From Candidatus Thorarchaeota archaeon (GTDB lineage Archaea; Asgardarchaeota; Thorarchaeia; Thorarchaeales; Thorarchaeaceae), in contig PRDJ01000042.1 in assembly GCA_003345555.1 (NCBI GenBank), forward strand, positions 44,678 to 76,677: a stretch of DNA of 32,000 nt, given 5' to 3'. A program made the translations under genes and the position numbers. Every line of letters starts with the position of its first letter. Within the stretch, counting starts at the first letter, position 1. The notes under the pieces were generated by a model that was not told where the DNA came from, did not search any database, and worked only from the letters and a program-made list of their open reading frames with translations. Positions 15,715 to 26,042 of the stretch are shown here, piece after piece.

Positions 15715-17064
15715 ATGACGAAGCAGCTCACGGACCTAGCAGAGAAGACAGTCAAAGTCGCAGAACGATTGGGCGCTGAGCAGGCGGAGGTCTACATCGG
15801 TTCCACACGGTCTTTCTCGATTGATGTTGAGAACAATGCTATCAAGAGCGCCGCCGAAAGAAGAGACGCTGGGTGCGGCATTCGATGCGTGTTTGGAAAG
15901 AAGATAGGCTTCGCATACGTAACCACACTAAACGGTGATGACATCGAAAATGCCTTGCGCAGGTCCATTTCTTTGGCAAAGGCATCAGTCGCTGATCCCG
16001 ACTTCGTGAGTCTGCCCGGTCCTGAGTCACGCTACCCCGTTGTGAAGGACTTGTTTGACAAGGGCGTAGAAGGCTTGACTGCTGATGAAGCTGCTGACCT
16101 TATCGCAGGATGTCTAGATGCTGCCAAGGAGCCTCTGCATGGAAGGAAGTATGCCATTCAGGCAGACTTGAGCACTTCTTCGGGTAGCAGAGCAATCGCC
16201 AACTCTCTCGGAGTGTCACAGTCTGCAGAATCGACTTCTATAACAATGTACAGCGAGGTGACAATCAAAGAACAGGCGGACCAAACGTCAAGTTACGAGT
16301 ATCTGGTGTCGCGTGCACTGAGGGAGATTAATCCTGAGTGGATCGGCAGGACCGCTTCGGAGAATGCATTGCGCAATCTCGGAGCGAAGACTATCGAAGG
16401 CGGCGACATGTCAGTAATCATGACACCTCTGGCCGTAAGCATGGTTGTCGGATCAGGTTTTGCAGATGCCGTCAACGCAGAAGAGGTTCAACAGGGACGT
16501 TCCTACATCTCAGATGCAATTGGCTCGGAAGTTGCATCGGATGAATTACATATCGTGGATGATGGTTTGCTCAAGGGCGGAGTAGGGTCACGAGCATTTG
16601 ATGCAGAAGGTGCCCTTTCTCAACGGACTCAGGTGCTGAAACGCGGTGTGTTGCGGAGTCTGCTCCATAGCTCTTACACCGCTAACAAGGATCGGGTTCC
16701 CAATACCGGGAATGCTTCTCGGCCTTCCTACGCTGGCATACCAATGATTGCCACTACCAACTTCGTGATTGAGCCTGGGCGCGGCATGCTTGAAGATCTC
16801 GTCTCAGAAGTGAAGAAGGGCGTCCTCTGCATGAATACATTCGATCGACCGAACATGACCACGGGCGATCTGAGCGCAATGGTGAGCGAAGGTTTCTACA
16901 TAGAGGACGGCGAACTCAGACAAGGAGTCAAGAGTACTCTCATAGGCATCAACATGCGTGACCTTCTCAAGAGGGTCATTCGTGTCGGTGCAGACACGAG
17001 AGCAACAGGCCGCATGGTGACCCCTTCCATCGTGATTGATTCTGCCAAGATAACCTCCGGATGA
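15715..17064 (+). CDS. pmbA: PmbA/TldE family protein (non-catalytic partner of TldD)
   Basis: GAEQAEVY, GCGIR, RAFDAEG, TGNASR and TGDLS. No HExxH motif; starts 1 nt after tldD. Confidence 0.9.
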   Translation: MTKQLTDLAEKTVKVAERLGAEQAEVYIGSTRSFSIDVENNAIKSAAERRDAGCGIRCVFGKKIGFAYVTTLNGDDIENALRRSISLAKASVADPDFVSLPGPESRYPVVKDLFDKGVEGLTADEAADLIAGCLDAAKEPLHGRKYAIQADLSTSSGSRAIANSLGVSQSAESTSITMYSEVTIKEQADQTSSYEYLVSRALREINPEWIGRTASENALRNLGAKTIEGGDMSVIMTPLAVSMVVGSGFADAVNAEEVQQGRSYISDAIGSEVASDELHIVDDGLLKGGVGSRAFDAEGALSQRTQVLKRGVLRSLLHSSYTANKDRVPNTGNASRPSYAGIPMIATTNFVIEPGRGMLEDLVSEVKKGVLCMNTFDRPNMTTGDLSAMVSEGFYIEDGELRQGVKSTLIGINMRDLLKRVIRVGADTRATGRMVTPSIVIDSAKITSG

Positions 17065-17065
17065 A

Positions 17066-18982
17066 TCACATGCGTTCGACAGCTTGAATACCGAGTATTC
17101 TCAGACAGTTTGCCATAGTTGTTCTAAATGCTTTCACGAGTTCGAGCCGCGCTGTCGCTATGGCAGGCTCTGCCTTGAGTACGGGGCATGAGTCATAGAA
17201 CTTGCTGAAGAGGTTCGCAAGACCATAACCATAGGAGGAAATCTTGTTCGAGTAGAAGCTCGTCCCCCACATAGTTTTCTTCAGACTTCTCACGGTCTCA
17301 AGAATCTCTTCCGGGAACATCGCTATTGCTTTTGCTAGGGCAAATTCGCTTGCTGATGAGAGCATCGTCAGATCGGTTTCCGCCTGGGTCTCCTCGGCGG
17401 CTTTCTCGATAATCCTCTGAGCTCTTGCATGTGAGTACTGGAGGTACGGAGCGGCGTCGCCATCAAAATCGAGTGCTTCGCTCCATCTGAAAGTAATCTT
17501 TCTGTCTGGCGAGGCCTTCAACAGCATGTATCTCACAGCTCCAGTGCCGACCTGAGTCGCCACTTGTCCCTTGAACTCATCTGTTTCGTCTGGGTTTCTC
17601 TTCGCAACTTCATCGTGGGCCAGCTCAACTGCCCTGTCAAGGATTTCGTCTACTGTGTATCCGATCCACGTTCCCTTTCTCCCAGAGAAATCAGTATCCT
17701 CGAGGCCTACGAATTCATAAGCTACGTGATGAGAGTTCTCGCTCTGTGTCTTGTAACCCAAGAGATCAAGAATCGTGTAGACTAGCCTCTGAGGCTGGGC
17801 CTGTGAAGAACCCACAACGTTGAATACAACATCGAACTTCCCTATGTTCTTCTTCTTGCCCTTCACTGATGTTCTGAGGACTTCTTTCCCATTCGGCTGC
17901 TTGTCAAAGACTTGGTATCGGAACGGGTCTTGGACTATACCGAATTTCCACATCTGAAGTGCAACATCGGCCCCTGTATACGTCCTTGTTCCGTCTGACC
18001 TGAACAGGACCTTGTAGGGTTCCTGCATATCCTTGAATTCATCAATCGTGTCAAGTTTGACAACAATGCATCCTGCTTTGTCTCCTTCTTCGAGCTTGAC
18101 GACATTCTCGCATTCCAACATCATGTTTCTTGCTGCTTCAAGGAGACCGCTATGTGCAATGTCGCTTTCCCAGACTTGGTAGTCGTGATAGATGCCTAGG
18201 CGGTAAGATGTCTGACACTGTGCCAACAGACAAGCTGTTACCATGCTGATGCTCTTCTTCGATGCTTCGGAATCCGGGTCTTCTAGCTGTCTAGCGATCT
18301 CACGTATTTCGTTCTCAGCTTTCTCGTCTGTCTCGAATGCCTTTTGCACATCGACGTAGAGTCGTCCAAGATAGTGGTCATACTTAATGTTCGCGAGATT
18401 CTCCGTTTCCTGCAGAAGCTTCCATGCTAGCTGTGCGATCTGCAGCCCTAGATTGTTTATGTAATCGATTCTAGCTACCTTGTATCCAACCGTCTGAAGC
18501 ACGTTGCCGAGCATGTCGCCGATAACGGCATTTCTTGCATGTCCAATATGCCATGGCTTGGAGGGGTTGACTGCTGGGAACTCAATCAGGGCCCTATGAC
18601 CCTTGTAGACTGCAGTTCGACCATATTCTTGACCAAGCTGGTTCGCAGCTTCGATTGCGAATTTGACAAACCGACCACGATTGAGGAACAGGTTTACGTA
18701 GGATCCACGTGACTCAGCGCGTTCGAAGACCATTGTGGTCTCGAGCCGTGCATTGATTTTCTCAGCGATTTCATTGGCAATTTGCGCCGGGCTCTTCTTC
18801 AGCTGTTTAGCGAGCTGAAATGATACTGTTGAGGCGAGGTCTCCAAGATTCGGATCTGGTGGAATCTCGATTGATTCACGCACTCTGGTGACATCAAGTT
18901 TCGTCACGTCTGCCAGAAGTGACACGGCGAGATTCTTGACTGAGTCCCACGGGTTCACGAACTGGCTCTCTGTGGTTGCCAT
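17066..18982 (-). CDS. argS: Arginyl-tRNA synthetase
   Basis: PDPNLGDLAS, NPSKPWHIGHARN (HIGH motif), RSDGTRTY, FSGRKG and DALR-type APYLQYSHAR. Confidence 0.96.
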   Translation of the reverse strand: MATTESQFVNPWDSVKNLAVSLLADVTKLDVTRVRESIEIPPDPNLGDLASTVSFQLAKQLKKSPAQIANEIAEKINARLETTMVFERAESRGSYVNLFLNRGRFVKFAIEAANQLGQEYGRTAVYKGHRALIEFPAVNPSKPWHIGHARNAVIGDMLGNVLQTVGYKVARIDYINNLGLQIAQLAWKLLQETENLANIKYDHYLGRLYVDVQKAFETDEKAENEIREIARQLEDPDSEASKKSISMVTACLLAQCQTSYRLGIYHDYQVWESDIAHSGLLEAARNMMLECENVVKLEEGDKAGCIVVKLDTIDEFKDMQEPYKVLFRSDGTRTYTGADVALQMWKFGIVQDPFRYQVFDKQPNGKEVLRTSVKGKKKNIGKFDVVFNVVGSSQAQPQRLVYTILDLLGYKTQSENSHHVAYEFVGLEDTDFSGRKGTWIGYTVDEILDRAVELAHDEVAKRNPDETDEFKGQVATQVGTGAVRYMLLKASPDRKITFRWSEALDFDGDAAPYLQYSHARAQRIIEKAAEETQAETDLTMLSSASEFALAKAIAMFPEEILETVRSLKKTMWGTSFYSNKISSYGYGLANLFSKFYDSCPVLKAEPAIATARLELVKAFRTTMANCLRILGIQAVERM

Positions 18983-19401
18983 TCAGTCGCATCAGCTCTT
19001 GCCACTCATGACGAGTATCTGTTCATAAACACAGCGTTGCATCTGGATGAACTCTGGTCCATGCAGCAGAATGACTGTGGATCGTAGCCGCTAACCCGGG
19101 TCCGAACAACATGCTAGAATCCCTCAAGAAACTCACCGGGGCAATCAAATCAACAAAAGAGCAATCCATCAAAAGTCTGAGCATAAGGTTATAACCGTTC
19201 ACCTTGAGCGACAGCATACGCTCCCCGAAAGGAGTGCGTTCACCCTACCGCGCCCGCCATGTGTTCGTTCATACGCCGTGAAGGGACACCTCAGAGGTAA
19301 CCCCGACAGCTCTTACAGCGCAGCTACCTCATGGTAGTGACTGCACGGAGATGATTGGACTGGAACACGGACAATCAAAGACAAAGAAACATGGGGAGCG
19401 C

Positions 19402-20313
19402 ATGGGTACCACCACTTACGTTTGTTCTGCTTGTAGTTCTCGTGACATGTACATTGACTATACCCGCGGGGAAGTCATCTGTTCTAACTGCGGTCTTGTT
19501 ATATCTGACCGGTCTATAGACATGGGTCCAGAGTGGAGAGCCTTCACTGCTGATGAGCAGAGTGCTCGCCAGAGAGTCGGAGGTCCTACCGACTGGAGCA
19601 AGTTCGATCAGGGACTTACAACGATAATCGGCAGACAGAACGTCGATGCTTCAGGCAGGAAACTCAGCTCCACGCGGAGAGCTCAGATACACAGGCTGCG
19701 CAAGTGGCAAATCCGAACCAAGGTGCACTCCTCGGACAAGCGAAATCTTGCTGTTGCGATGACAGAACTTCACAGGATAAGCTCCCAGCTGAGCATACCA
19801 TACTCTATCCGAGAGACCTCTGCAGTTATCTACAGGAAGGCTTTGCGAAAGCGACTCACACGCGGAAGAACCATTCTCGGTATGATCGCGGCTTCTCTGT
19901 ATCTGGCCTGCAGGGTTCACAAGGTGCCTCGTCCTTTGGAGGAGGTCACAGAGCAGATACATATCACACGAAAGGAGCTCAGTCTCTGCGTGAGGTTGAT
20001 ACTCCGTTACCTGAACCTCAAGGTCCCTCACAGCAATCCGATAGAGTTCGTCCACCGGTTTGGCACAGAACTGGATCTTCCTGGCGAGGCCAAGAAGAAA
20101 GCCATTGATATTCTGGAGCAAGCCAGGGCTGAGAGACTTACGATTGGGAAGGACCCGAAGGGAATGGCCGCCGCAGCAATCTATGTAGCGAGTATTCTGA
20201 CCGGAGCACGGAGGACACAGCTCGAGATTGCACGAACCGCGAGGGTAACCGAGGTTACCGTAAGGAACCGCTACAAGGAATTAATCGCGAAGCTCAACAT
20301 CTCCACCATGTGA
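19402..20313 (+). CDS. tfb: Transcription initiation factor IIB
   Basis: Zn ribbon CSAC/CSNC, GPEWRAF, RLRKWQ, two cyclin repeats, GKDPKGMAAAAIY and TEVTVRNRYKEL. Start moved to ATG 19402 after GGGGAG. Confidence 0.97.
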   Translation: MGTTTYVCSACSSRDMYIDYTRGEVICSNCGLVISDRSIDMGPEWRAFTADEQSARQRVGGPTDWSKFDQGLTTIIGRQNVDASGRKLSSTRRAQIHRLRKWQIRTKVHSSDKRNLAVAMTELHRISSQLSIPYSIRETSAVIYRKALRKRLTRGRTILGMIAASLYLACRVHKVPRPLEEVTEQIHITRKELSLCVRLILRYLNLKVPHSNPIEFVHRFGTELDLPGEAKKKAIDILEQARAERLTIGKDPKGMAAAAIYVASILTGARRTQLEIARTARVTEVTVRNRYKELIAKLNISTM

Positions 20314-20482
20314 TACGTCGATTGGTCTCGGGTCTATCGTGACGGGTCATGGGTGCCAGAAGGTCACGAGCGGGCAATATCCACATCCCAGTAGTTGGCG
20401 GTAGCATAGCATCCATGAACGCATGCGGCATAGGCTTATTTTCGGAGGCTGGCTGCCATGCTAGTGGGAGCCAAGAACATTC

Positions 20483-21316
20483 ATGTCAGACCGCCTTTCC
20501 ATTCACGGCATCTGGTTAATTGAACGCCATACGGGTAGGAATCTGATAGCCCGGGCGTATACCGGTGTCTCCATCGATATGGACTTGATCGCACCATTTC
20601 TGTCAGCGACTCACACTTTCATAAACCGCGCAGCGAACGAGACTCTGAGAACAATCGACACTGATACACATAGGTACGTGTGGGCTGCAAATGATGAGCT
20701 GTTGTTTGTGATGGTAATATCCAAGGGCGCACGCACAGGACACATGCGGTTCCTTCTCGATTATGCACTGAATGAGTTCATGCACAACGAAGTCCCTGAG
20801 GGAATGGACCTGCCCACCTTCTTGAAACAATGGGAAGGAAACCCAGTGAGCTTCGAGCGGTTCGCCAGATTCGTGGATGAGCTGGTCTCTCAGTATGAAC
20901 AATCAGGCGATAGTCTCGTGGCCGGAAAGACGATGGACTGTCTTGAGGTGCACAATCATATCTTCAGGGCACTAATGGAAGTAAAGGTCGACAAGAGGAC
21001 CCGCAAGAAGATGGTTGAGGAAATCAAAGCACGACTTCGGCCGCTTGTAGAAACACACCCCTTCTTGGCTGTGGTGCCTGTGGATGATGCAGGCATTGAA
21101 GTTCTCAACATTGACGTATACAGTGTGGAGTACAAAGCCCTCCGAAGCGCGCTGGAGAGCGTGTTCCAGGTGGTCGCCGAGGTGATAAGGAACGTTGCGG
21201 GTGAGGAACCGTATCGGAACATGATCTTCGACCATGCAATGCCCTATGTCAAGAACGACATCGAACGCCTCCAGACCTATGCGATTCTCGACGATATTGT
21301 ACGATACCTATTCTAA
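20483..21316 (+). CDS. Longin-like domain protein with a C-terminal helical domain
   Basis: IHGIWLIERHTGRNLIARAY, DLIAPFLSATHTF, the RYVW..NDELLFVMVISK strands and the FARFVDELV helix give the beta-beta-alpha-beta-beta-beta-alpha-alpha longin pattern. Confidence 0.7.
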   Translation: MSDRLSIHGIWLIERHTGRNLIARAYTGVSIDMDLIAPFLSATHTFINRAANETLRTIDTDTHRYVWAANDELLFVMVISKGARTGHMRFLLDYALNEFMHNEVPEGMDLPTFLKQWEGNPVSFERFARFVDELVSQYEQSGDSLVAGKTMDCLEVHNHIFRALMEVKVDKRTRKKMVEEIKARLRPLVETHPFLAVVPVDDAGIEVLNIDVYSVEYKALRSALESVFQVVAEVIRNVAGEEPYRNMIFDHAMPYVKNDIERLQTYAILDDIVRYLF

Positions 21317-21412
21317 GAATCCACGCTCAATGGTCTAGTGGCTTGTTCGCAGGCACTTCGTATCGTCTAGACTGATATAGGAGTTCGGATGCACAGTAAG
21401 GAAGCGTGAAAA

Positions 21413-21892
21413 GTGTCTCTTGCGTTCCCTCCACATATGGACAGCTACACATTCTCGATGCATATGTGTCAGGACAAGCAGGATGCGGCGGCTGCCCAAA
21501 GCGGACTTTCCGTCATCTACTCTGGATTGGGCAACAATATCGTAGAGAAGACAGGCATCGCCGAGTTGGGTCGCCCCATATACATCTTCGTGCGGAACAG
21601 CCAGAAAGAGATCGTCGGAGGAGTTGTTGGGCAGGTATTCGGAGGGTGGCTGTACGTATCGCTTCTGTGGGTGGACAAATCCATCCGGGGAAGGGGCTAC
21701 GGAACGAGACTGATGCACATGGCTGAGGAGAAAGCGACAAGCATGGGTTGTACGGACGTTCACTTGGATACATACAGCTTCGAGGCAAAGCCCTTCTACG
21801 AGCGACTCGGATACGAGGTGTTTGCCACACTGGAAGACTACCCAAGAGGGCATCGCAAGTACTTCTTGAAGAAGAGGCTAGCTTTATCGTAG
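21413..21892 (+). CDS. GNAT family N-acetyltransferase
   Basis: LWVDKSIRGRGYGTRLM (acetyl-CoA motif A), LDTYSFEAKPFYERLGYEVF. The start may be at 21437 or 21458. Confidence 0.87.
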   Translation: MSLAFPPHMDSYTFSMHMCQDKQDAAAAQSGLSVIYSGLGNNIVEKTGIAELGRPIYIFVRNSQKEIVGGVVGQVFGGWLYVSLLWVDKSIRGRGYGTRLMHMAEEKATSMGCTDVHLDTYSFEAKPFYERLGYEVFATLEDYPRGHRKYFLKKRLALS

Positions 21893-21911
21893 GGGGCCAA
21901 GATAGAGTCGG

Positions 21912-23249
21912 TTATCTCGAGAGCATAATCACTTCGCGTTGTATAATCTGTCCTCTTTTCCTCTCGGGCAGACGAGGACGGTTGGTCTTGAGTCCGCTCT
22001 CATCATCGAGCAAGTCCCTATTTGTTATTGAGTCTCTGGGCAAGAATGGAATCACGTCGAACCCGGTGTTGTTCAGGAGGTTCTTGAGATCGATTCTGAC
22101 GACGCCACCTTTGGAGTTGACTACCGGGAGCGTCATGCCTACCCTCCCGTTAGTCTTGAGGCACAGGCCAATGCTGGATAGAGCATCACGGTATAGGATG
22201 GTCAAGTCCTTGATTGCCTTCTCGGCTTCCCCCTTGTTGGGTTGGCCCGAACAGACAGGACCCAGATATGGTTCGAAGGCGGCTGCATCAACTTTCCCTT
22301 GCACAAGCCTTGCCGCTTCCCGCGCGTCGCCTCTAAGTATCTCATACTTCAACTTGCGTCCTAGCTCATTCTCCAACCATTTCATGTTGCTTCTGCTGCC
22401 TTCGACAGCTTTCAGGTCAGTATCTATGCCCACGCAGTCCATGCCGAGCAGGGCCGCTTCCATCAAAATCGTACCCGTGCCGCAGAAGGGGTCGAGAATT
22501 GTGTCACCAGCCTTGGCACCAGAAAGATTGAGAAGTGTTCTGCATATTTTCGGGCTCGTACTGACCTCTGCAGAAACGTACGGTCTGGTTTCGTCTCTGT
22601 GCTGCTGCGAAATGGAATCATAGACTGCGACGGTTTTTCCTACGTATAGCGTCTTCTGACTGAAGACCATGAGTATCTCTGCGTTTGGAGAAGTCAGAAG
22701 ACCGTACTTGACGAGTGTTTGCGGCCAAAGAGCGGTGTTCGGCCTATCAGCTTTCCTTCTGTCGGGCCCTTCGTAGACGAAGTAGTCCACCTTCTTTGCT
22801 CCGAGTCCCACCAACCTCTCTTTGACTTCTTCGTCCATCGCTATGGTGAAGCGCTTCAGGTCAATGGACGTGTCATTCTGCATCGGATATGTGCTGATGC
22901 CAAACCGGATCCGCTGATTTCTCGCGGTGCCCCAGACCTCGGACACCCAAGGGCAGCCAAGCAGTTTCCTTCTATCCTTCTGGATGATCTTCCCTTTCTT
23001 TGGAAATGCGGCCAGTACGGTATTATGGTCGTACGTGAAGATAGCTGCACCAATCTTGAAGCATCCGCCCAGTGCAGTCTGAATGTCCTTGATTTGTCTA
23101 TCATTCAAATCATCGGTAATGCTCATGATCACTGCTTTTCGAGAGAAGTCCTTGACCACTGCGCTGACACCTTGGTCTCTAAGATGAACAACCAGCTCCG
23201 CTATGCTGAGGAGCCAGTTAGAGCCGAGAATGAATACGTAGTCCTTCAT
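21912..23249 (-). CDS. THUMP-associated SAM-dependent RNA methyltransferase (Trm11/UPF0020-like)
   Basis: N-terminal FILGSNWLLSIAEL, SPKICRTLLNL, ILDPFCGTGTILMEA, GDAR and FEPYLGP. It overlaps the upstream endonuclease IV stop (ATGA). Confidence 0.8.
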   Translation of the reverse strand: MKDYVFILGSNWLLSIAELVVHLRDQGVSAVVKDFSRKAVIMSITDDLNDRQIKDIQTALGGCFKIGAAIFTYDHNTVLAAFPKKGKIIQKDRRKLLGCPWVSEVWGTARNQRIRFGISTYPMQNDTSIDLKRFTIAMDEEVKERLVGLGAKKVDYFVYEGPDRRKADRPNTALWPQTLVKYGLLTSPNAEILMVFSQKTLYVGKTVAVYDSISQQHRDETRPYVSAEVSTSPKICRTLLNLSGAKAGDTILDPFCGTGTILMEAALLGMDCVGIDTDLKAVEGSRSNMKWLENELGRKLKYEILRGDAREAARLVQGKVDAAAFEPYLGPVCSGQPNKGEAEKAIKDLTILYRDALSSIGLCLKTNGRVGMTLPVVNSKGGVVRIDLKNLLNNTGFDVIPFLPRDSITNRDLLDDESGLKTNRPRLPERKRGQIIQREVIMLSR

Positions 23250-24091
23250 GAATTGGACTTCTCCAGTTCTTCAAGCAGGAACTTTGAGTAGATTGCACCT
23301 AGAATAGGTTCGGGTGTTTCCGATATGAACGTGGGCTTGTATCCCGCCTCTCTGACAACCTCCATGAGAGGCAGAATGTCTGGTCCCCACTTCTTTCCCA
23401 ATGGCCTATGAGCCTTCTCTCCCGAGGAAGTGAACTCGATACCGCTGACATGAAAATGCAGGTTGTTCACAAATCTGGAGCCAAGGTTGCGTTCGAAAGC
23501 CTCCAATACTTTGAGGTAATCCCCCTTGCTGTTCAAACCGCCTTGGGTTCTTGCATGGAGGTGAGCCCAGTCAATGGTCGGAATCAGTCCGTCTACGTTG
23601 CTGCAAAGTTTTATCAGCTCCTCGACCGAACCGAAGGCACCCAGCTTGCCTGCAGTCTCTGGAGCTAACAAGACTCCTTGATCCCGGTGACCGATCGTGT
23701 CCCAGACCTCTTCCAGGCTGCTTCTTACAATAGGGTAGGCCTCATCAGGTGTGAGTCCGCTGTATCCTCCTACGTGAAACACGATTCGTGTGACGTTCAT
23801 CAGTGGTGCGAATTGGAGCGACTTGACGAGCCTCGCAATCGAGTTTCGTCTTGTCTGCTTGCTCTTTGACACAAGACTGATGTAGTAAGCGGCATGCATA
23901 CTCATCACAATCCCGTATTCATTTGCAGCCATGCCAAGTTTTTCCGCCGTGTGCTCTCTCATCGTCAGACCGTAGACCGCGGCATACTCAAGAGCATCGA
24001 GACCCGCATCTCGAATAATCCTGAACGCTTTGCGGGGATTTCCGCTTGTATCAGTAGGATAGCCAGCTGGACCGAAGTGCATCTTCGCCAA
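23246..24091 (-). CDS. nfo: Endonuclease IV-like AP endonuclease (family 2 TIM barrel)
   Basis: FGPAG, SMHAAYYISL, VFHVG, PETAGK, IDWAHLHAR, HFHVSG and GEKAH metal-binding motifs. Confidence 0.87.
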   Translation of the reverse strand: MAKMHFGPAGYPTDTSGNPRKAFRIIRDAGLDALEYAAVYGLTMREHTAEKLGMAANEYGIVMSMHAAYYISLVSKSKQTRRNSIARLVKSLQFAPLMNVTRIVFHVGGYSGLTPDEAYPIVRSSLEEVWDTIGHRDQGVLLAPETAGKLGAFGSVEELIKLCSNVDGLIPTIDWAHLHARTQGGLNSKGDYLKVLEAFERNLGSRFVNNLHFHVSGIEFTSSGEKAHRPLGKKWGPDILPLMEVVREAGYKPTFISETPEPILGAIYSKFLLEELEKSNS

Positions 24092-24284
24092 ACAAGCTGT
24101 ATCCGATTTCGTGCTCAGCTAGCTTCCTCTCCTTTGCTCCGGGTCAACTATGACTACATTTGCTAGAGTCAACATGAATATCTTTCCCTTTCCCGTCTCC
24201 AGAGTGAGGCAGAACTCTTGACCTGTACTCCGGAAGCCTTTAATCATAGCCGCCACACGGCAGCTGAAAGGACGGGAATCGGGA

Positions 24285-25220
24285 ATGTCCGACAATACGA
24301 CCACAGCCCGAGGACAAGAGCGGCGAATCGATGCGAAGGCATTCTTGTCGATAATCCGACCTCAGAACTGCATCATCGGTGGTCTCACAGTTGTTGCTGG
24401 CGTGGCAATGGCATACCGCGTGAATCCAGTGGGGCCAATTCCATCCTACCTCTTTCTTTTCATCTTTGGATATATGACGTATTTCTTCGTAGCCGCGGGA
24501 GGAAATGTAGTCAACGATATCTATGACATAGAGGTTGACAAAATTAATCGTCCGCATAGGGCACTGCCTAGCGGCCGAATGACGGTCAACCAGGCTTGGG
24601 TGTACGTTGGAGTACTAAGTGCATTGGGAGTCCTTTTTGCGTGGTTGAATGGCACCTTCGGTACTCTCATCGTTGTGTTCTTTGAGAGCGCTGGGTACAC
24701 ATACGCTGCAAAAGTGAAGGCTCTTGGCATCGCGGGCAATCTCATGGTAGCATTCTCTTTTGCGTTCGGTGTCATCTACGGGTCTTTCATATACGCAGAA
24801 CGAGTCGAGGCCTATTCGATCCCCGTTCCATCTCTGCTTTTCTTTATCACTGCATTCATGATACTGCAGGCCCGAGAGACAATAAAGGGGGCAGAAGACG
24901 TTGAGGGTGACGCGCTGAGAAATGTCAGGACCATAGCACGGGTCTACGGTTATCGCGCCGCTGCCGCAACACAAGCTGTGCTGAATCTGATTGGCGTGTT
25001 ATGCTATTTTCTGATCTGGCAATTGGGCTATGCCAGTTACGACCTAGCATACCTCCTCCTCCTCTGTCTTGGGTCGATAGTCATAATTGCCGCGGCAGTT
25101 GCTCCTATAACGGGGCCTCGAAACAAGAAGAGACTCGTCATTGGCAGTACGTTGGACAAAGTCGGCGCTCTGATCGGGTTGATTGCGTTTGTCATAATTT
25201 CGTTCTATGAGATTGTCTAG
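24285..25220 (+). CDS. Digeranylgeranylglyceryl phosphate synthase (UbiA prenyltransferase family)
   Basis: IIRPQNC, NDIYDIEVDKINRPHRALPSGR, RETIKGAEDVEGD and multiple TM helices. Confidence 0.9.
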   Translation: MSDNTTTARGQERRIDAKAFLSIIRPQNCIIGGLTVVAGVAMAYRVNPVGPIPSYLFLFIFGYMTYFFVAAGGNVVNDIYDIEVDKINRPHRALPSGRMTVNQAWVYVGVLSALGVLFAWLNGTFGTLIVVFFESAGYTYAAKVKALGIAGNLMVAFSFAFGVIYGSFIYAERVEAYSIPVPSLLFFITAFMILQARETIKGAEDVEGDALRNVRTIARVYGYRAAAATQAVLNLIGVLCYFLIWQLGYASYDLAYLLLLCLGSIVIIAAAVAPITGPRNKKRLVIGSTLDKVGALIGLIAFVIISFYEIV

Positions 25221-25226
25221 GTGGAG

Positions 25227-26042
25227 TTAATGGGCCTGCCAGAAGGTCCAACCCAGGACTATCATACATGTCAGTGCGATTAGGAATGCCCACACCGTGG
25301 ACGTATCGTGCGCCTCTCTTATACCGAATGTCAGAAGGAAGCCCACCCAGACAAATGATGCCGTGGTCATATAATCCAAGATAAGCCAGACATCCGATCC
25401 ATAGATGGACGCAACTACATTAGGCAATACTGCCCCCGGTCCAATGTCATATGTCGGCAGGACTGCAAGCAAAACGAAGAATCCTATGACTCTGAAGAGC
25501 AACACTGGCATCATACTGTACCCAACTACTGAAAGCGTCTTGGTCATGCGCCCCGTGCCCCCTGCGACTTTGAAGGCGATATGGGCGAATAGGGTACCCA
25601 CGATTAGATAGATCATTCCAATCATGATGTTGGATACAATGCTTGCCAATGCCGTTGCATAGTACATGCCGGCATCTGTAGTATCCAAGATGGACACGGT
25701 CGCCGTGGCTCCCGAGGTAACATTGGTCACGACAACGACAGTGAGGTGCGATGATATCGCTAGGAAGAAGCCCATGAGCAACAGTGCATTCATCATTATT
25801 ATCATGAAGGGGCCAGCACCGTCGGGTCTCTGAGCGATATCTCGGTAGGTCAGTGCAGGTCTTCTGATTACCCCCCATAGACGCTCAATAGTTCCCATCG
25901 CACGGACTTCTGGTGCCTCAGGTCTCTTCAGCAGAGGCAACACTCTCTCTAGAGCCTCTTCAGAAATGACCTGTCTACACACTGGACACACTGTGGCGTC
26001 TGCAGGGACAGGCGAATCGCAGTACTCGCATCGTCTGACCGT
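25227..26042 (-). CDS. Zinc-ribbon plus Yip1-domain membrane protein; 5' end extended to a probable ACG start
   Basis: In-frame upstream of the track's GTG (25991) is TVRRCEYCDSPVPADAT, which completes a CxxC-x10-CxxC ribbon. Yip1 motifs are LWGVIRRP..TYRDI, GGTG...TLSVVGYS.MP and FGIREAH. Confidence 0.8.
   Translation of the reverse strand, partial: TVRRCEYCDSPVPADATVCPVCRQVISEEALERVLPLLKRPEAPEVRAMGTIERLWGVIRRPALTYRDIAQRPDGAGPFMIIMMNALLLMGFFLAISSHLTVVVVTNVTSGATATVSILDTTDAGMYYATALASIVSNIMIGMIYLIVGTLFAHIAFKVAGGTGRMTKTLSVVGYSMMPVLLFRVIGFFVLLAVLPTYDIGPGAVLPNVVASIYGSDVWLILDYMTTASFVWVGFLLTFGIREAHDTSTVWAFLIALTCMIVLGWTFWQAH

Noticed and set aside
24119-24304. 61-aa ORF between nfo and the DGGGP synthase gene
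   Set aside because: It overlaps the synthase start, occupies the divergent promoter region and shows no recognisable family.
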